Under the pieces are notes generated by a model. That model did no database searches and was not told where the DNA came from. It was given only the letters and a program-made list of their open reading frames with translations. Shown piece by piece: positions 1-9,892 of a stretch of DNA of 32,000 nt. The stretch's first letter is position 1. Each line of letters opens with the position of its first letter. The stretch is taken from contig NZ_JRHO01000014.1 in the NCBI RefSeq assembly GCF_000765475.1, positions 61,574-93,573 on the forward strand. Reading direction: 5' to 3'. The DNA is from Methanococcoides methylutens. Its GTDB lineage: Archaea > Halobacteriota > Methanosarcinia > Methanosarcinales > Methanosarcinaceae. Position numbers and translations under genes: made by a program.

Positions 1-2
1 CG

Positions 3-1532
3 ATCCCACAGGCAGTTCCGCAATCGGCTTACATCGACAATGAGTTCTGTGTTGGCTGCGGATTATGCAAACAGGCCTGCCCTGCAGATGCTATTGATTA
101 CAACCTCAAAGAAGAAGAATTCTCATTCACCGTCGGAGCCGTGATAGTTGCAACCGGTTATCAGGGGTTCGATGCAAAACGCAAGGAAGAATATGGTTAC
201 AGTGTCTATCCGGATGTCCTGACCAACATGGAGCTGGAAAGGCTTCTCAATGCATCGGGACCAACACGCGGTAGAGTGGTCGTTCCATCCACACACGAGA
301 CACCTGAAAAAGTTGCTTTTATCCAGTGCGTCGGATCAAGAGACGAGACCGTTGGAAACCCCTACTGCTCCCGTGTCTGCTGCATGTCATCCATGAAGAA
401 TGCACAGATGATCAAGGAGCGCTATCCTGACACCGATGTCACCATTCACTATATTGACATACGTGCAGCCGGTGAGATGTACGAGGAATACTACGTACGC
501 AGCCAGATGATGGAGATCAATTTCATCCGCGGCAAGGTCGCGGAAGTACAGCTTGACCCACAGGGACAGATGCAGCTCCGGTATGAGGACACACTTGAGT
601 GTGCCATTCGGGAGGAACCTTACGATCTAGTCATCCTGGCAACAGGAATGGAAGCCAGCACCACAACAGAGCCTATCGCAAAGATGTTGAACCTTTCAAA
701 AAGAACTGACAGGTTCTTGTCCATTGCACACCCGAAGATGAGGCCTGTGGATGCTCACATAAACGGCGTCTTCATCGCAGGCTGTGCATCGGGACCAAAG
801 GAGATACAGGCAGCCATCGCACAGGGAAGTGCAACTGCTGCAAGGTCCACCCGCCTGCTGGCAAAGGGAGAGCTTAAGAACGATCCATTCAGCGCACATG
901 TAGATCCGGAAAAATGTATCGGATGCCGCATATGTGAGAGTGTCTGCAATTTCAATACGATCAATGTCATAGACGGTAAAGCAGTGGTTGATGAGATCTC
1001 CTGCCAGACATGCGGTTCATGCAGTGCATCCTGTCCCACAGATGCCATAACCATGCCTCATAGTACCGATGAGCAAATCATTGCACAGATAAGGGCGGCT
1101 GTTGAGATCAAGGATGAGTTCCCGCTTATCATTGCGTTCCTCTGCAACTGGTGCAGCTATGGTTCCGCCGACCTTGCAGGAACATCAAGGATACAATACC
1201 CGACCAACGTAAGGATCATAAAGGTCATGTGCGCCGGACGTGTAGACCCTGACTTCGTACTGGAAGCATTGCAAGGGGGCGCGGACGGAGTACTTGTTAC
1301 CGGCTGTCGTCTTGATGAATGCCACTATATTCTGGGCAATATCGATGCAAAGCACAGGATGGAGAATCTCAAGGAAGTTCTCGATGAGATAGGCCTGGAT
1401 CCGCGAAGGCTGAGACTGCAATGGATATCCGCCGCAGAAGGGGATAAATTTGCAAAGACCATCGAGGATTTCGTTGACGAACTCACCGAACTTGGACCTG
1501 TTGGTTCCGAGTTGCCGGAGGAGCAGGAATGA
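3..1532 (+). CDS. hdrA: Heterodisulfide reductase subunit A-like flavoprotein with a fused C-terminal MvhD/FlpD-like domain (HdrA-MvhD fusion). The 5' end lies outside the window.
   Basis: The frame of the 141..1532 ORF stays open back to nt 3 (IPQAVPQSAYIDNEFCVGCGLCKQACPADAI...), so the window edge truncates the gene. HdrA-type motifs are present: FIQCVGSRD, CSRVCC, and ferredoxin motifs CIGCRICESVCN and CQTCGSCSASCP. The C-terminal LCNWCSYGSADLAG...IIKVMCAGRVD...GADGVLVTGCRLDECHY matches the methyl-viologen-reducing hydrogenase delta-subunit domain. The stop overlaps the next start (ATGA at 1529-1532). Confidence 0.85.
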   Translation: MPQAVPQSAYIDNEFCVGCGLCKQACPADAIDYNLKEEEFSFTVGAVIVATGYQGFDAKRKEEYGYSVYPDVLTNMELERLLNASGPTRGRVVVPSTHETPEKVAFIQCVGSRDETVGNPYCSRVCCMSSMKNAQMIKERYPDTDVTIHYIDIRAAGEMYEEYYVRSQMMEINFIRGKVAEVQLDPQGQMQLRYEDTLECAIREEPYDLVILATGMEASTTTEPIAKMLNLSKRTDRFLSIAHPKMRPVDAHINGVFIAGCASGPKEIQAAIAQGSATAARSTRLLAKGELKNDPFSAHVDPEKCIGCRICESVCNFNTINVIDGKAVVDEISCQTCGSCSASCPTDAITMPHSTDEQIIAQIRAAVEIKDEFPLIIAFLCNWCSYGSADLAGTSRIQYPTNVRIIKVMCAGRVDPDFVLEALQGGADGVLVTGCRLDECHYILGNIDAKHRMENLKEVLDEIGLDPRRLRLQWISAAEGDKFAKTIEDFVDELTELGPVGSELPEEQE

Positions 1533-2818
1533 GTGATGAAGAAAAGTCCATGGAAGTCTCAAGGGAGATGGACATACAGGGCAACCACATCCTTTACAAG
1601 CTGATCTCCGACCGATCTGAAAAGACACTTGATTACGATTACAAAAGATGTGTGGGATGCGGGATCTGTGTAAGGATCTGCCCCACAAAAGCACTCGAAC
1701 TCGGACCTATCAAGGAAATAGCCACAGGCATGGATGCACCACCGGTGATGATGGACCTTGATAAGTGCACATTCTGTTCCATGTGCGTGAACTTCTGTCC
1801 TGTAACAGCTCTGGAAATGAGAACAGAAGGAGATTTCCCTGAAGAAGAACTCTATCCTGTGCTGGAATACAAGGTCGAGATGAACGAGAAATGTGTACCT
1901 TGTTCCCTCTGTGAGGCATCATGCCCGGAGGATGCCATTACTCTGGAATACACATTCCCTAAAAAGGAAGAGATAGCACCCCTGAAAGAGAACGCAGAAG
2001 GCGAGATAGAGATAGACACCGATAAGTGTAACCTCTGCGGCATATGTGCACATTTCTGTGATGCCTTCCTCATGCTGGAAAAGGAACCCACAGCAACTGA
2101 CCCCATGCCTTTTGAGCAACTTATTGTTGACGAGGATATGTGCGACTACTGCATGCTCTGCCAGGACATCTGTCCAGAGGATGCGATCAAAGTAAAGGGA
2201 GAGCGTCCCTGTGAACCGCCTGTAGTGTCAGGACATGTGACGGTCGATGATGATAAATGCACACGATGCGGCTGGTGTGATGCAGTCTGCCCTTATGATG
2301 CGGTCGATCTGGTAAAGCCATTCGAAGGCGATCTGGTACTTGTTGAGGAACACATCGAGAAATGTGACACACAGGGGTGTCATGCCTGCTTTAACATCTG
2401 CCCATCGCACCTCTGGTACGTCCCGGAAGATGGGAAGAACATCGCTGCGGTACACGACCTTTGCACCTATTGTGGAGCCTGCGTCAATGCCTGCCCCGTG
2501 GATGTGATGAAGGTAGCACGCAGCAAGGTCAATCATACGGATATACCCGATACGCCCTGGGCATCCGAATGGAAGGATGCCATTGATTCACTCCTCACAA
2601 AAGAAAGAAAGCGACCTGACCTCTCAAGGGCACTTGAGGTCGAGACCGAGCCACTGAAAGAGCATGTGGATATCGCATTCCCGGATGTCGATAAAGAGAT
2701 GATGGACAAGGTTTCCGAGAAGATGCAAACAGCCAGGGATGCACTGACCAAACCAAAGTTCAGGAAGATCCTGAACAAAGGTAAAGCAGAAGAGATACAC
2801 AGGTCCATGAAAAAATAA
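1529..2818 (+). CDS. Polyferredoxin (MvhB-like) with eight [4Fe-4S]-type Cys motifs and a Cys-free charged C-terminal tail
   Basis: Eight CxxCxxCxxxC(P/D) motifs counted by eye: CVGCGICVRICP, CTFCSMCVNFCP, CVPCSLCEASCP, CNLCGICAHFCD, CDYCMLCQDICP, CTRCGWCDAVCP, CDTQGCHACFNICP, CTYCGACVNACP. The last ~100 aa (nt ~2516-2818) contain no Cys. The ATGA overlap with hdrA suggests translational coupling. Confidence 0.8.
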   Translation: MSDEEKSMEVSREMDIQGNHILYKLISDRSEKTLDYDYKRCVGCGICVRICPTKALELGPIKEIATGMDAPPVMMDLDKCTFCSMCVNFCPVTALEMRTEGDFPEEELYPVLEYKVEMNEKCVPCSLCEASCPEDAITLEYTFPKKEEIAPLKENAEGEIEIDTDKCNLCGICAHFCDAFLMLEKEPTATDPMPFEQLIVDEDMCDYCMLCQDICPEDAIKVKGERPCEPPVVSGHVTVDDDKCTRCGWCDAVCPYDAVDLVKPFEGDLVLVEEHIEKCDTQGCHACFNICPSHLWYVPEDGKNIAAVHDLCTYCGACVNACPVDVMKVARSKVNHTDIPDTPWASEWKDAIDSLLTKERKRPDLSRALEVETEPLKEHVDIAFPDVDKEMMDKVSEKMQTARDALTKPKFRKILNKGKAEEIHRSMKK

Positions 2819-2839
2819 ACCGGGAAATGCATCGAAGGA

Positions 2840-5455
2840 TTATTTTTTCAGGAAACAGATAGCATCCTGCTTCTCCGGGTCTGCTGATACACAAGCATGA
2901 GAACCTGTAACAGCAGGAACGTCGATCAGTTTTATTATATCGCTGAAGCTATCGTACCCAGGAAGTATATCAGAGAACGAATTTGCTGACCTCGCGAAGA
3001 ACTTCTCATTGAACTGCGACTCGGGCTCATCAGGATACAAAGGCAGGTAAATGATCTCTTCCTCGACAAGGTCCTGGAAGAAATGTGTACCATAGGAAAC
3101 ATCAGGCCTGTGCTCGGTGGTCTGGATGGCAACCTCGATTAGCACGGATGTGTTCCGGATCTCAGAATAGGTTACATTCACACCAAGTTCGAGGTTGCTG
3201 CTACCCCACCTTCCAGGACCCATCAGTATGAACTTCTCACCATCTTTGCCCAGTTTCTCGTTCAGATGACCTATGATCCTTCCAAGGGATTGCTTCTCTT
3301 CAAAATCAACATCTGTAGAATATATGATAGGGTCCACATAGACGATATAACGTATATCGGGAACAACCCCTCCGGAAATGGTCTTTGAAGACCTGAACAA
3401 TATTTCATCCTGACCCAGGTCAGCGGGCACTGAAAAAGATTCAGCCTTGCCGGGGATCTTCATCGGCCTGCACTGGAGGATGTTAAGCTTGATGTTGTTC
3501 GACTTACCTATAAATGCCGTGAATTCCACATCTACAGGCTGACCATATGCTTTTTCGATCGTCTGGATGGCATTGCCGATGATCTCAACGAGCTTTGTTT
3601 TGAATATTAGGTTATTGAAGGTCAGTATCAGCTTTCCATCAGCAGCCGAAATGAAATTTGTAACAGGATCCTTGACATAATCATCTTTGAGCAGTGAAGC
3701 ATACATATTCAGCTTAGGGTAATCGAAATCCTTAAGCAATGCAGAGACAGGAACAGTCCTGAACTCGTTTCTTTCAAGGTCCAGAAGGTCCACCTCTATC
3801 TGGGAATACCTGGCGACCTGACGCCCTCTCTCTGGTCTCAGCTGAGGGTGACTTACCGAGATTATGCGCGGGTAATCACGGTCAACGCGATCCACGGCCC
3901 GCGTACCCAATCCGAATACCAGACGGATCATGCCTTTGTTCGGATCGATCTGCTCGCTCCAGGCAAAGAGGTTCCTGGAGAATGTCACACCTGCCAGGGC
4001 CGGGAAGAAATAGTCCTTATAGTGAGTTCCTGATACACGCTGCACAAGGATAGCCATCTGTTCATCAGTGTTATCAAGACCATGCACTTTCCTGTAGATG
4101 AGGGCATCCGGGTCCAGTGCACTGGCATAGACAAGTTTAACGGCTTCCAGGAATGCTGCCATCCTTTCCTCAGGATCACCCTGGTTGGTACAGAACTCGC
4201 TCCGATATTTTCCTGCAAAGGCATTCCCGAAATTGTCCTCCAGCAGGCTGCTTGACCTGACGATTATGGGAGCCTGACCGAAGTAATCCAGCATACTGCG
4301 GAACTGCTCCATGATGTCATCCGGGAATGTTCCCTCAAGGAAGCGCTGTTCGACACTCTGGAATTCTTCTTTTGAGAGTCTGTATCCATTGGAAAGGTCC
4401 ATCTTCAGGCGAAAGAGGTCGTTGTTGATGAGGAATGTAAAGAAAACATCGGAACCGATGTAGAATGAATCATGAGGCTCCATGATCTTTGCGAATTCCC
4501 CGGAATCATCTTCCTTAAGGACTATGTTCCTTGAAAGCAGCATCCCGACACTTTTGCCTCCGATCATTCCGGAACCGATGATCCTTTCCCTGGTATAGAG
4601 CAGGTCATCGATATCGAAATACTTCTCAGCGAGTTCCCTGAACCGTGGCCTTTCCCCTATGATCATACGGCACAGTTCACTTTTGAGTGCCATCATTTCC
4701 TGTAGAGGGACCTTATCTTCCTCATAGAGCATTTGATACTGCAATGCCTTTCTATAGATCGTGTCCCAGGGAGCTATGCTACTTGCTCCGGGGTCAAGAA
4801 TATGATGGTCTTTCCCCCCTGATACAGAGGCTGCCTCCCCGCTATTGAACAATGGTACCCACTTGTCATCCTGCATGAGATGAGGAAGGAACATCTGGCT
4901 TGAATAGCGTCCATACACCTTCAGCGGATGGAGATATGCATTGCCTTCCACATGGTAGAAGTTCAGGAGCAACTGGGTAGTCTCCCTGATAGCCGCAATT
5001 GCCTGATGACCATGCCTACCTTTTGTAAGTGCGAAATACGTAACCGTATCAAGTTCATAGAGATAGGGGCATGTGGCCTTGAAGAAATTCGCGAGTAACT
5101 CGTCCGTTGCCCATTCCACAACCAGGGTGGAGAGGTTATCGAATACATAAAAGGTCTCACGGCCATAGCTCTCAATGATCCGGTGGACCTCAGTACTGAA
5201 ATAATCAAAACCATTTGCGGGATCTACTTCAACAATTTCAAGACCATCCATTGGCCTCAGGATCGGCTTATGAGGCGCGAACCTGATGTAAACGCACCTG
5301 TGACCTTCTTTTATCGCATTTTCCGTGAACTTCTCTGCAAAGAATATGTAATCTTCAAGTTCATCCACCTGCCAGACAACATTATCGCCGTACCAAAGGT
5401 TCTGAAGCAGTTCATCGAGTCCCCCTAATCCACTGCTTGCAATTCTTTTATCCAT
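2840..5455 (-). CDS. Large PEP/pyruvate-binding (PPDK_N, ATP-grasp-like) domain protein with an N-terminal KaiC/RecA-like domain that lacks a P-loop. Function unknown.
   Basis: IVRSSSLLEDNFGNAFAGKYRSEF is the hallmark of the pyruvate phosphate dikinase/PEP synthase N-terminal nucleotide-binding domain. The N-terminus MDKRIASSGLGGLDELLQNLWYGDNVVWQV resembles the start of KaiC/RadA-like proteins (xGIxGLDxLL), but no GxxxxGK[ST] follows. I found no phosphohistidine swivel motif (GGxTSHAA). I prefer the ATG at 5455 (MDKR...) over the GTG at 5509 used by the ORF track. Confidence 0.65.
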   Translation of the reverse strand: MDKRIASSGLGGLDELLQNLWYGDNVVWQVDELEDYIFFAEKFTENAIKEGHRCVYIRFAPHKPILRPMDGLEIVEVDPANGFDYFSTEVHRIIESYGRETFYVFDNLSTLVVEWATDELLANFFKATCPYLYELDTVTYFALTKGRHGHQAIAAIRETTQLLLNFYHVEGNAYLHPLKVYGRYSSQMFLPHLMQDDKWVPLFNSGEAASVSGGKDHHILDPGASSIAPWDTIYRKALQYQMLYEEDKVPLQEMMALKSELCRMIIGERPRFRELAEKYFDIDDLLYTRERIIGSGMIGGKSVGMLLSRNIVLKEDDSGEFAKIMEPHDSFYIGSDVFFTFLINNDLFRLKMDLSNGYRLSKEEFQSVEQRFLEGTFPDDIMEQFRSMLDYFGQAPIIVRSSSLLEDNFGNAFAGKYRSEFCTNQGDPEERMAAFLEAVKLVYASALDPDALIYRKVHGLDNTDEQMAILVQRVSGTHYKDYFFPALAGVTFSRNLFAWSEQIDPNKGMIRLVFGLGTRAVDRVDRDYPRIISVSHPQLRPERGRQVARYSQIEVDLLDLERNEFRTVPVSALLKDFDYPKLNMYASLLKDDYVKDPVTNFISAADGKLILTFNNLIFKTKLVEIIGNAIQTIEKAYGQPVDVEFTAFIGKSNNIKLNILQCRPMKIPGKAESFSVPADLGQDEILFRSSKTISGGVVPDIRYIVYVDPIIYSTDVDFEEKQSLGRIIGHLNEKLGKDGEKFILMGPGRWGSSNLELGVNVTYSEIRNTSVLIEVAIQTTEHRPDVSYGTHFFQDLVEEEIIYLPLYPDEPESQFNEKFFARSANSFSDILPGYDSFSDIIKLIDVPAVTGSHACVSADPEKQDAICFLKK

Positions 5456-5662
5456 AATAGTACCCGGAAATAAGTTTCTGAATACTACAATAAATAATTT
5501 ACCAGTCACTTATGAATGATAAAAAATTAGGGACTTCTAAGCTAAAAGATCAAAATACAAAATGTTATAATACATTCCAGTGAACGGATAGCAAACAATA
5601 CTTTTATAATGGCTAACACGTTTTGTTGTCTAGATCGTGACAGAGTAATTGGTGATACTTCT

Positions 5663-7564
5663 ATGAGCAAAAAGATCGACTACCGTGAACTTGGATTAAA
5701 ATGCGGACTTGAGATTCATCAGCAGTTGAACTCAAAAGAGAAACTTTTCTGTAAATGCCCTACTAAGATACGTGACACGGATGAGTCGAACTTTGAATTT
5801 TTCCGTTACCTGCGCCCTACTGCAAGTGAGATGGGAGAGACCGACAGGGCAGCACTTGAGCAGACAAAGGTCAACAGGAAATACATCTACAAAGCATATG
5901 ACAGCACCTGCCTTGTGGAAAATGATGAGGAACCACCTCGTGAACTTAACAAAGAGTCACTTGACATCGCATTGTCGATCGCAAAGCTATTGCACATGAT
6001 ACCAGTGGAGCAGCTCCACGTCATGAGAAAAATAGTTGTGGACGGATCGAACACCAGTGGATTCCAGAGAACCGCTTTCCTCGCCGGAGGCGGACATCTC
6101 GACACTTCCGAAGGAGCCGTAGGCGTTGATGTCCTCTGTGTAGAGGAAGAGGCCGCACAAAAGATAGAGGACAAAGGCGACTCTATTCTTTATTCACTTG
6201 ACAGACTGGGAATACCGCTTGTGGAGATCGGTACAGCACCTGACATAATCTCACCGGCACATGCAAAGGAGACTGCTGCCAATATCGGCATGTTGCTTCG
6301 TTCTACCGGTAAGGTAAAAAGAGGTCTTGGAACCATCAGGCAGGATGTCAACATATCCATAGCAGAAGGAGCCCGTGTGGAGGTAAAAGGTGTCCAGGCC
6401 CTTGATCTTATCGAAACTATTGTTGAAAGGGAGGCCGAGAGGCAGGTTAACCTTCTCGAGATACGCAGGTCCCTTCAGGAAAGGAATGCAAGCGTCCATG
6501 ATGAGATATTTGACGTGACCGAAATGTTCAGTGGAACTGAATCAAAGGTCATAAAGAAGGCACTCAAGAAAGGGAAGGTACTCGCAGTCCTCCTGCCCGG
6601 ATTTGCAGGACATGTTGGAATGGAAGTGCAGCCAGGAAGACGCCTGGGCACCGAGTTCTCCGACCGTGCAAAGACCTCAGGCGTAGGTGGCATATTCCAC
6701 ACCGATGAACTGCCCAATTATGGCATAACCGAAGATGAGGTCGCTTCATTGCGTGAATTCGTTGGTGCGAAAGAAGGCGATGCTGTCGTTATGGTAGCAG
6801 ACAAAGAGAAACGTGCACTCGGTGCCATGGAAAGTGTGCTTATCCGTGCGCAGGAAGCACTTGAGTTCGTTCCCGAAGAAACAAGACGTGCACTTCCTGA
6901 CGGTAACAGCGCATACATGAGACCGCTTCCCGGAGCTTCGAGGATGTACCCCGAGACAGATGTACCACAGGTAGAGATCAAAAAGGAGTACTTTGATACT
7001 ATCGAGATCCCGGAGCTTCTAACAGAAAGGGCAAAGAGGTTCAGCAAAGATTACGGGCTCAACGAGGAACTTGCAGAGAAGATCGCATATTCACAGGACC
7101 TGGCGCTTTTCGAGGAATTGATGAGCAGGTACAACAATGACAAGAATGTCACTGCAACCCTTATCGTGACAACATTCACAGGACTTGTGCCTGAACTCAA
7201 ACGTGATGGTGTGGATGTCACGAAGATCAATGACGAGCACTTCAAACAGATGTTCGAGATCATATCTTCAGGTGATGTGGCCAAAGAGGGTATGGAGCAG
7301 ATACTCCGCTATGTTGCAAAGAAACCAAAGGCAAATATAAGGGACAGTCTGGAAGAACTTGGACTTACAGGTATTGACACATCCCAGATAGAAGAATTCA
7401 TTGCAAAGATCGTGGAAGAAAGACAGGACTTTGTGAAAGAAAAAGGACCGGCCGCCGTAGGACCTCTCATGGGAATTGTCATGGGCGAGTTCCGCGGAAA
7501 AGTTGACGGAAAGGTCCTCAGTGAACTCCTGAAACAAAAGATTAATGAGTGTATTAATACATAA
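5663..7564 (+). CDS. gatE: Glutamyl-tRNA(Gln) amidotransferase subunit E (archaeal GatE)
   Basis: [22 protein letters not shown]..., [20 protein letters not shown] and RQDVNISI are GatB/GatE-family motifs. The length (~633 aa) and the inserted domain fit GatE. I prefer the ATG at 5663, which has GGTGAT 8 nt upstream and a TTTTATAA box at 5602-5609. The track's 5609 start adds an unconserved 18-aa extension. Confidence 0.9.
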   Translation: MSKKIDYRELGLKCGLEIHQQLNSKEKLFCKCPTKIRDTDESNFEFFRYLRPTASEMGETDRAALEQTKVNRKYIYKAYDSTCLVENDEEPPRELNKESLDIALSIAKLLHMIPVEQLHVMRKIVVDGSNTSGFQRTAFLAGGGHLDTSEGAVGVDVLCVEEEAAQKIEDKGDSILYSLDRLGIPLVEIGTAPDIISPAHAKETAANIGMLLRSTGKVKRGLGTIRQDVNISIAEGARVEVKGVQALDLIETIVEREAERQVNLLEIRRSLQERNASVHDEIFDVTEMFSGTESKVIKKALKKGKVLAVLLPGFAGHVGMEVQPGRRLGTEFSDRAKTSGVGGIFHTDELPNYGITEDEVASLREFVGAKEGDAVVMVADKEKRALGAMESVLIRAQEALEFVPEETRRALPDGNSAYMRPLPGASRMYPETDVPQVEIKKEYFDTIEIPELLTERAKRFSKDYGLNEELAEKIAYSQDLALFEELMSRYNNDKNVTATLIVTTFTGLVPELKRDGVDVTKINDEHFKQMFEIISSGDVAKEGMEQILRYVAKKPKANIRDSLEELGLTGIDTSQIEEFIAKIVEERQDFVKEKGPAAVGPLMGIVMGEFRGKVDGKVLSELLKQKINECINT

Positions 7565-7579
7565 TATTCGTTAGATATT

Positions 7580-8644
7580 ATGACACTTGGGAGAAACAAC
7601 ACTGGTACATTAGTCTTAAAGATTGCATTGATCGCGTCAATACTATTGATATCAACAGCTTTAGCAGGTGCTATATCGTTAGGAGAGACAGAACAACTTA
7701 CCTTTGACGTCAACCAGAGATCACCTGCCTGGAGTCCGGATGGCCAATTGATAACATATTCTTCTGAGCAGGCCATCTGGATAATGAATGCAGACGGATC
7801 TGATCAAACAAGGATATATGACACCATTGCATGGGAGGGGGAGCCTTCTTTCAGTTCAGATGGAAAATTCATATATTATGCTACAGAACATGTCCAGCCA
7901 TTCTCTTCCAAGTTCGTAAGTATCCGTGTAGTAGAGCTTGCTGACAAAAGCAATACTTCACAGATAACAGAAAATGCTGACAAAAGGGAACCCGTCATGA
8001 GTCCTGACGGAACAAAGATAGCATACCTTTCAAAGACTGCAGGAAACTATGACATATGGACAATGAACCCTGATGGTAGTGAGAACAGGCAAATAACCGA
8101 TTCATCCAGTAATGAAGGGGCACCATCCTGGTCACCTGAAGGCGACATGCTGGTATATTCACTGGAAGGAAAGATATGGACCGTTGACCCTGATAACAGG
8201 GTTCCAAAGCTCCTCAGGAATGATAATTTTGTGAACACAAATCCGGTGTTCAATCCTGATGGAACAAAGATAGCATTTGTATCTGACAGGTCAGGCAATT
8301 CTGATATATGGGTCATGAACTCAAATGGTGTAGGAATTGAACAGGTCACATTTGAAAATTCAACTCAGGAACATCCTGCATGGAGTCCGGAAGGCGATAA
8401 AATTGCGTTTTCATCTAACGAAGGTGGTGACTACAACATCTGGACAATTGCACTTTCAGACACAGATAGTCTGGTTGAGTTAGGACCTGATGAGGAACTG
8501 CTGGTGGAGGAAGAAAAGTTTGACATATTAAAAGAACTTGAAGCTTTTGCAACAAAGTCGCCACTGAGAACACTCATTATATTATTCTCACTCTCCGTAA
8601 TTGTAATAGTGATGTTCCTCAGGAACTTCCTGAAAGGGCTGTAA
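7580..8644 (+). CDS. PD40/TolB-like beta-propeller repeat protein with an N-terminal signal/anchor and a C-terminal transmembrane anchor
   Basis: At least six PD40-type repeats: WSPDGQLITYSS, SFSSDGKFIYYA, VMSPDGTKIAYLS..YDIWTMNPDG, SWSPEGDMLVYS, VFNPDGTKIAFVSDRSGNSDIWVMNSNG, AWSPEGDKIAFSSNEGGDYNIWTI. There is a hydrophobic N-terminus (LVLKIALIASILLISTALAGA) and a hydrophobic C-terminus (LRTLIILFSLSVIVIVMFL). It starts 15 nt after gatE. Confidence 0.7.
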   Translation: MTLGRNNTGTLVLKIALIASILLISTALAGAISLGETEQLTFDVNQRSPAWSPDGQLITYSSEQAIWIMNADGSDQTRIYDTIAWEGEPSFSSDGKFIYYATEHVQPFSSKFVSIRVVELADKSNTSQITENADKREPVMSPDGTKIAYLSKTAGNYDIWTMNPDGSENRQITDSSSNEGAPSWSPEGDMLVYSLEGKIWTVDPDNRVPKLLRNDNFVNTNPVFNPDGTKIAFVSDRSGNSDIWVMNSNGVGIEQVTFENSTQEHPAWSPEGDKIAFSSNEGGDYNIWTIALSDTDSLVELGPDEELLVEEEKFDILKELEAFATKSPLRTLIILFSLSVIVIVMFLRNFLKGL

Positions 8645-8794
8645 GAACAGTCCTCTTATTTTCTTTTGCATACATTACCTTTTATTATTCTATTATTTTG
8701 GAATTAAGAGTTCTATCACTCACATCTGTTCTGAAATCTATAAATTCCATCGTAACGCTTATAGCCTATTCATGACATGTATTCGCAGGTTCGG

Positions 8795-9892
8795 ATGATG
8801 TCTGCAGTAATAGGATTAGAAGATGGAACAATTTTAAAAGGTACTGGTTTTGGTGCCGAAGGTATCGTTTGCGGAGAACTTGTTTTTACTACCCAGTACA
8901 CAGGATATGAGGAGTCTCTTACAGACCCGTCCTACACTGGTCAGATATTAATGTTCACGTACCCTTTGATAGGGAACTATGGTGTTAATAAGGACACTTT
9001 TCAGTCAGATGGTGTGAAGGCCGAAGGCCTTGTGGTAAGGGAAGCATGCCCTTCTCCAAGTCACCACCTTTCCACACGTAATATCTACAAATTAATGGAA
9101 GATGAAGGTAAGCCGGGAATTTCCGGCATTGATACCCGTATGCTTACCATCGGTACCAGAGAGCATGGTACCATGCGTGCTGCACTGATAAACGGCAGTG
9201 ACGATGGTGAAGAAGCAGTCAGGCTGGCAAGGGAACAACCTGATATTTCAAACCTTGATCTTGTTTCAAGGGTCACCTGCAAAGAGCCATATACAATAGA
9301 AAGTCAGGTAAAGACCGCTGACAGAAAGCACGTTGTGCTCTTTGATCTGGGCATGAAAAAGAACATCTCGTTAAGTCTTCTGAGAAGAGGCGTTGATGTT
9401 ACAGTAGTACCTGCCAATACACCTGCTTCTGTGATCGAGGATTACAACCCTGATCTGCTTTTCCTTTCCAATGGGCCGGGAGATCCACAGAACGCACAGA
9501 ATTCTATTGATGTTGTCAAGGATCTGGCAGGAACAATGCCAATATCAGGCATTTGTCTCGGACACCAGGTCATCTCAAGAGCACTTGGAGCAGATACATA
9601 TAAGCTCAAATTCGGACACCGTGGAGCAAACCAGCCGGTCAAGGACCTGGAATCCGGAATTGTCCATATAACATCACAGAATCACGGTTTTGCTGTTGAA
9701 GGTGACACATTTGACGATACAGATGTGACTGTCACACAGATCAACACTAATGATAATACTGTAGAAGGTATCGAACACAACGATCTTGACATATTCAGTG
9801 TCCAGTACCATCCGGAAGCACATGCCGGACCAAGGGACACGGAGAAGATATTCTTTGGGAAGGTCATGAAAGCTATGGGAGGCAGGGTATAA
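8795..9892 (+). CDS. carA: Carbamoyl-phosphate synthase small (glutamine amidotransferase) subunit
   Basis: Conserved CarA N-terminus (AVIGLEDGTILKGTGFGA...GELVFTTQYTGYEESLTDPSY). GATase triad region GICLGHQ and HGFAV...SVQYHPEA. The start is ambiguous among 8777, 8795 and 8798; homolog-like N-termini favour 8795 or 8798. Confidence 0.92.
   Translation: MMSAVIGLEDGTILKGTGFGAEGIVCGELVFTTQYTGYEESLTDPSYTGQILMFTYPLIGNYGVNKDTFQSDGVKAEGLVVREACPSPSHHLSTRNIYKLMEDEGKPGISGIDTRMLTIGTREHGTMRAALINGSDDGEEAVRLAREQPDISNLDLVSRVTCKEPYTIESQVKTADRKHVVLFDLGMKKNISLSLLRRGVDVTVVPANTPASVIEDYNPDLLFLSNGPGDPQNAQNSIDVVKDLAGTMPISGICLGHQVISRALGADTYKLKFGHRGANQPVKDLESGIVHITSQNHGFAVEGDTFDDTDVTVTQINTNDNTVEGIEHNDLDIFSVQYHPEAHAGPRDTEKIFFGKVMKAMGGRV

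Noticed and set aside
5456-5662. N-terminal extensions suggested by the ORF track (5509 GTG for the PPDK_N protein, 5609 for gatE; likewise 13070 for argG, 19952 TTG for the aminotransferase, 25378 TTG for the ABC ATPase)
   Set aside because: The internal ATG codons give N-termini matching the conserved family starts, have better Shine-Dalgarno-like sequences, and avoid overlap with upstream genes. The extensions are unconserved-looking.
5663-8644. gatE without an adjacent gatD, followed closely by a PD40 propeller gene, considered as an unusual functional linkage
   Set aside because: gatD and gatE need not be contiguous, and a 15-nt spacing alone is not evidence of functional coupling. This is probably incidental operon packing.
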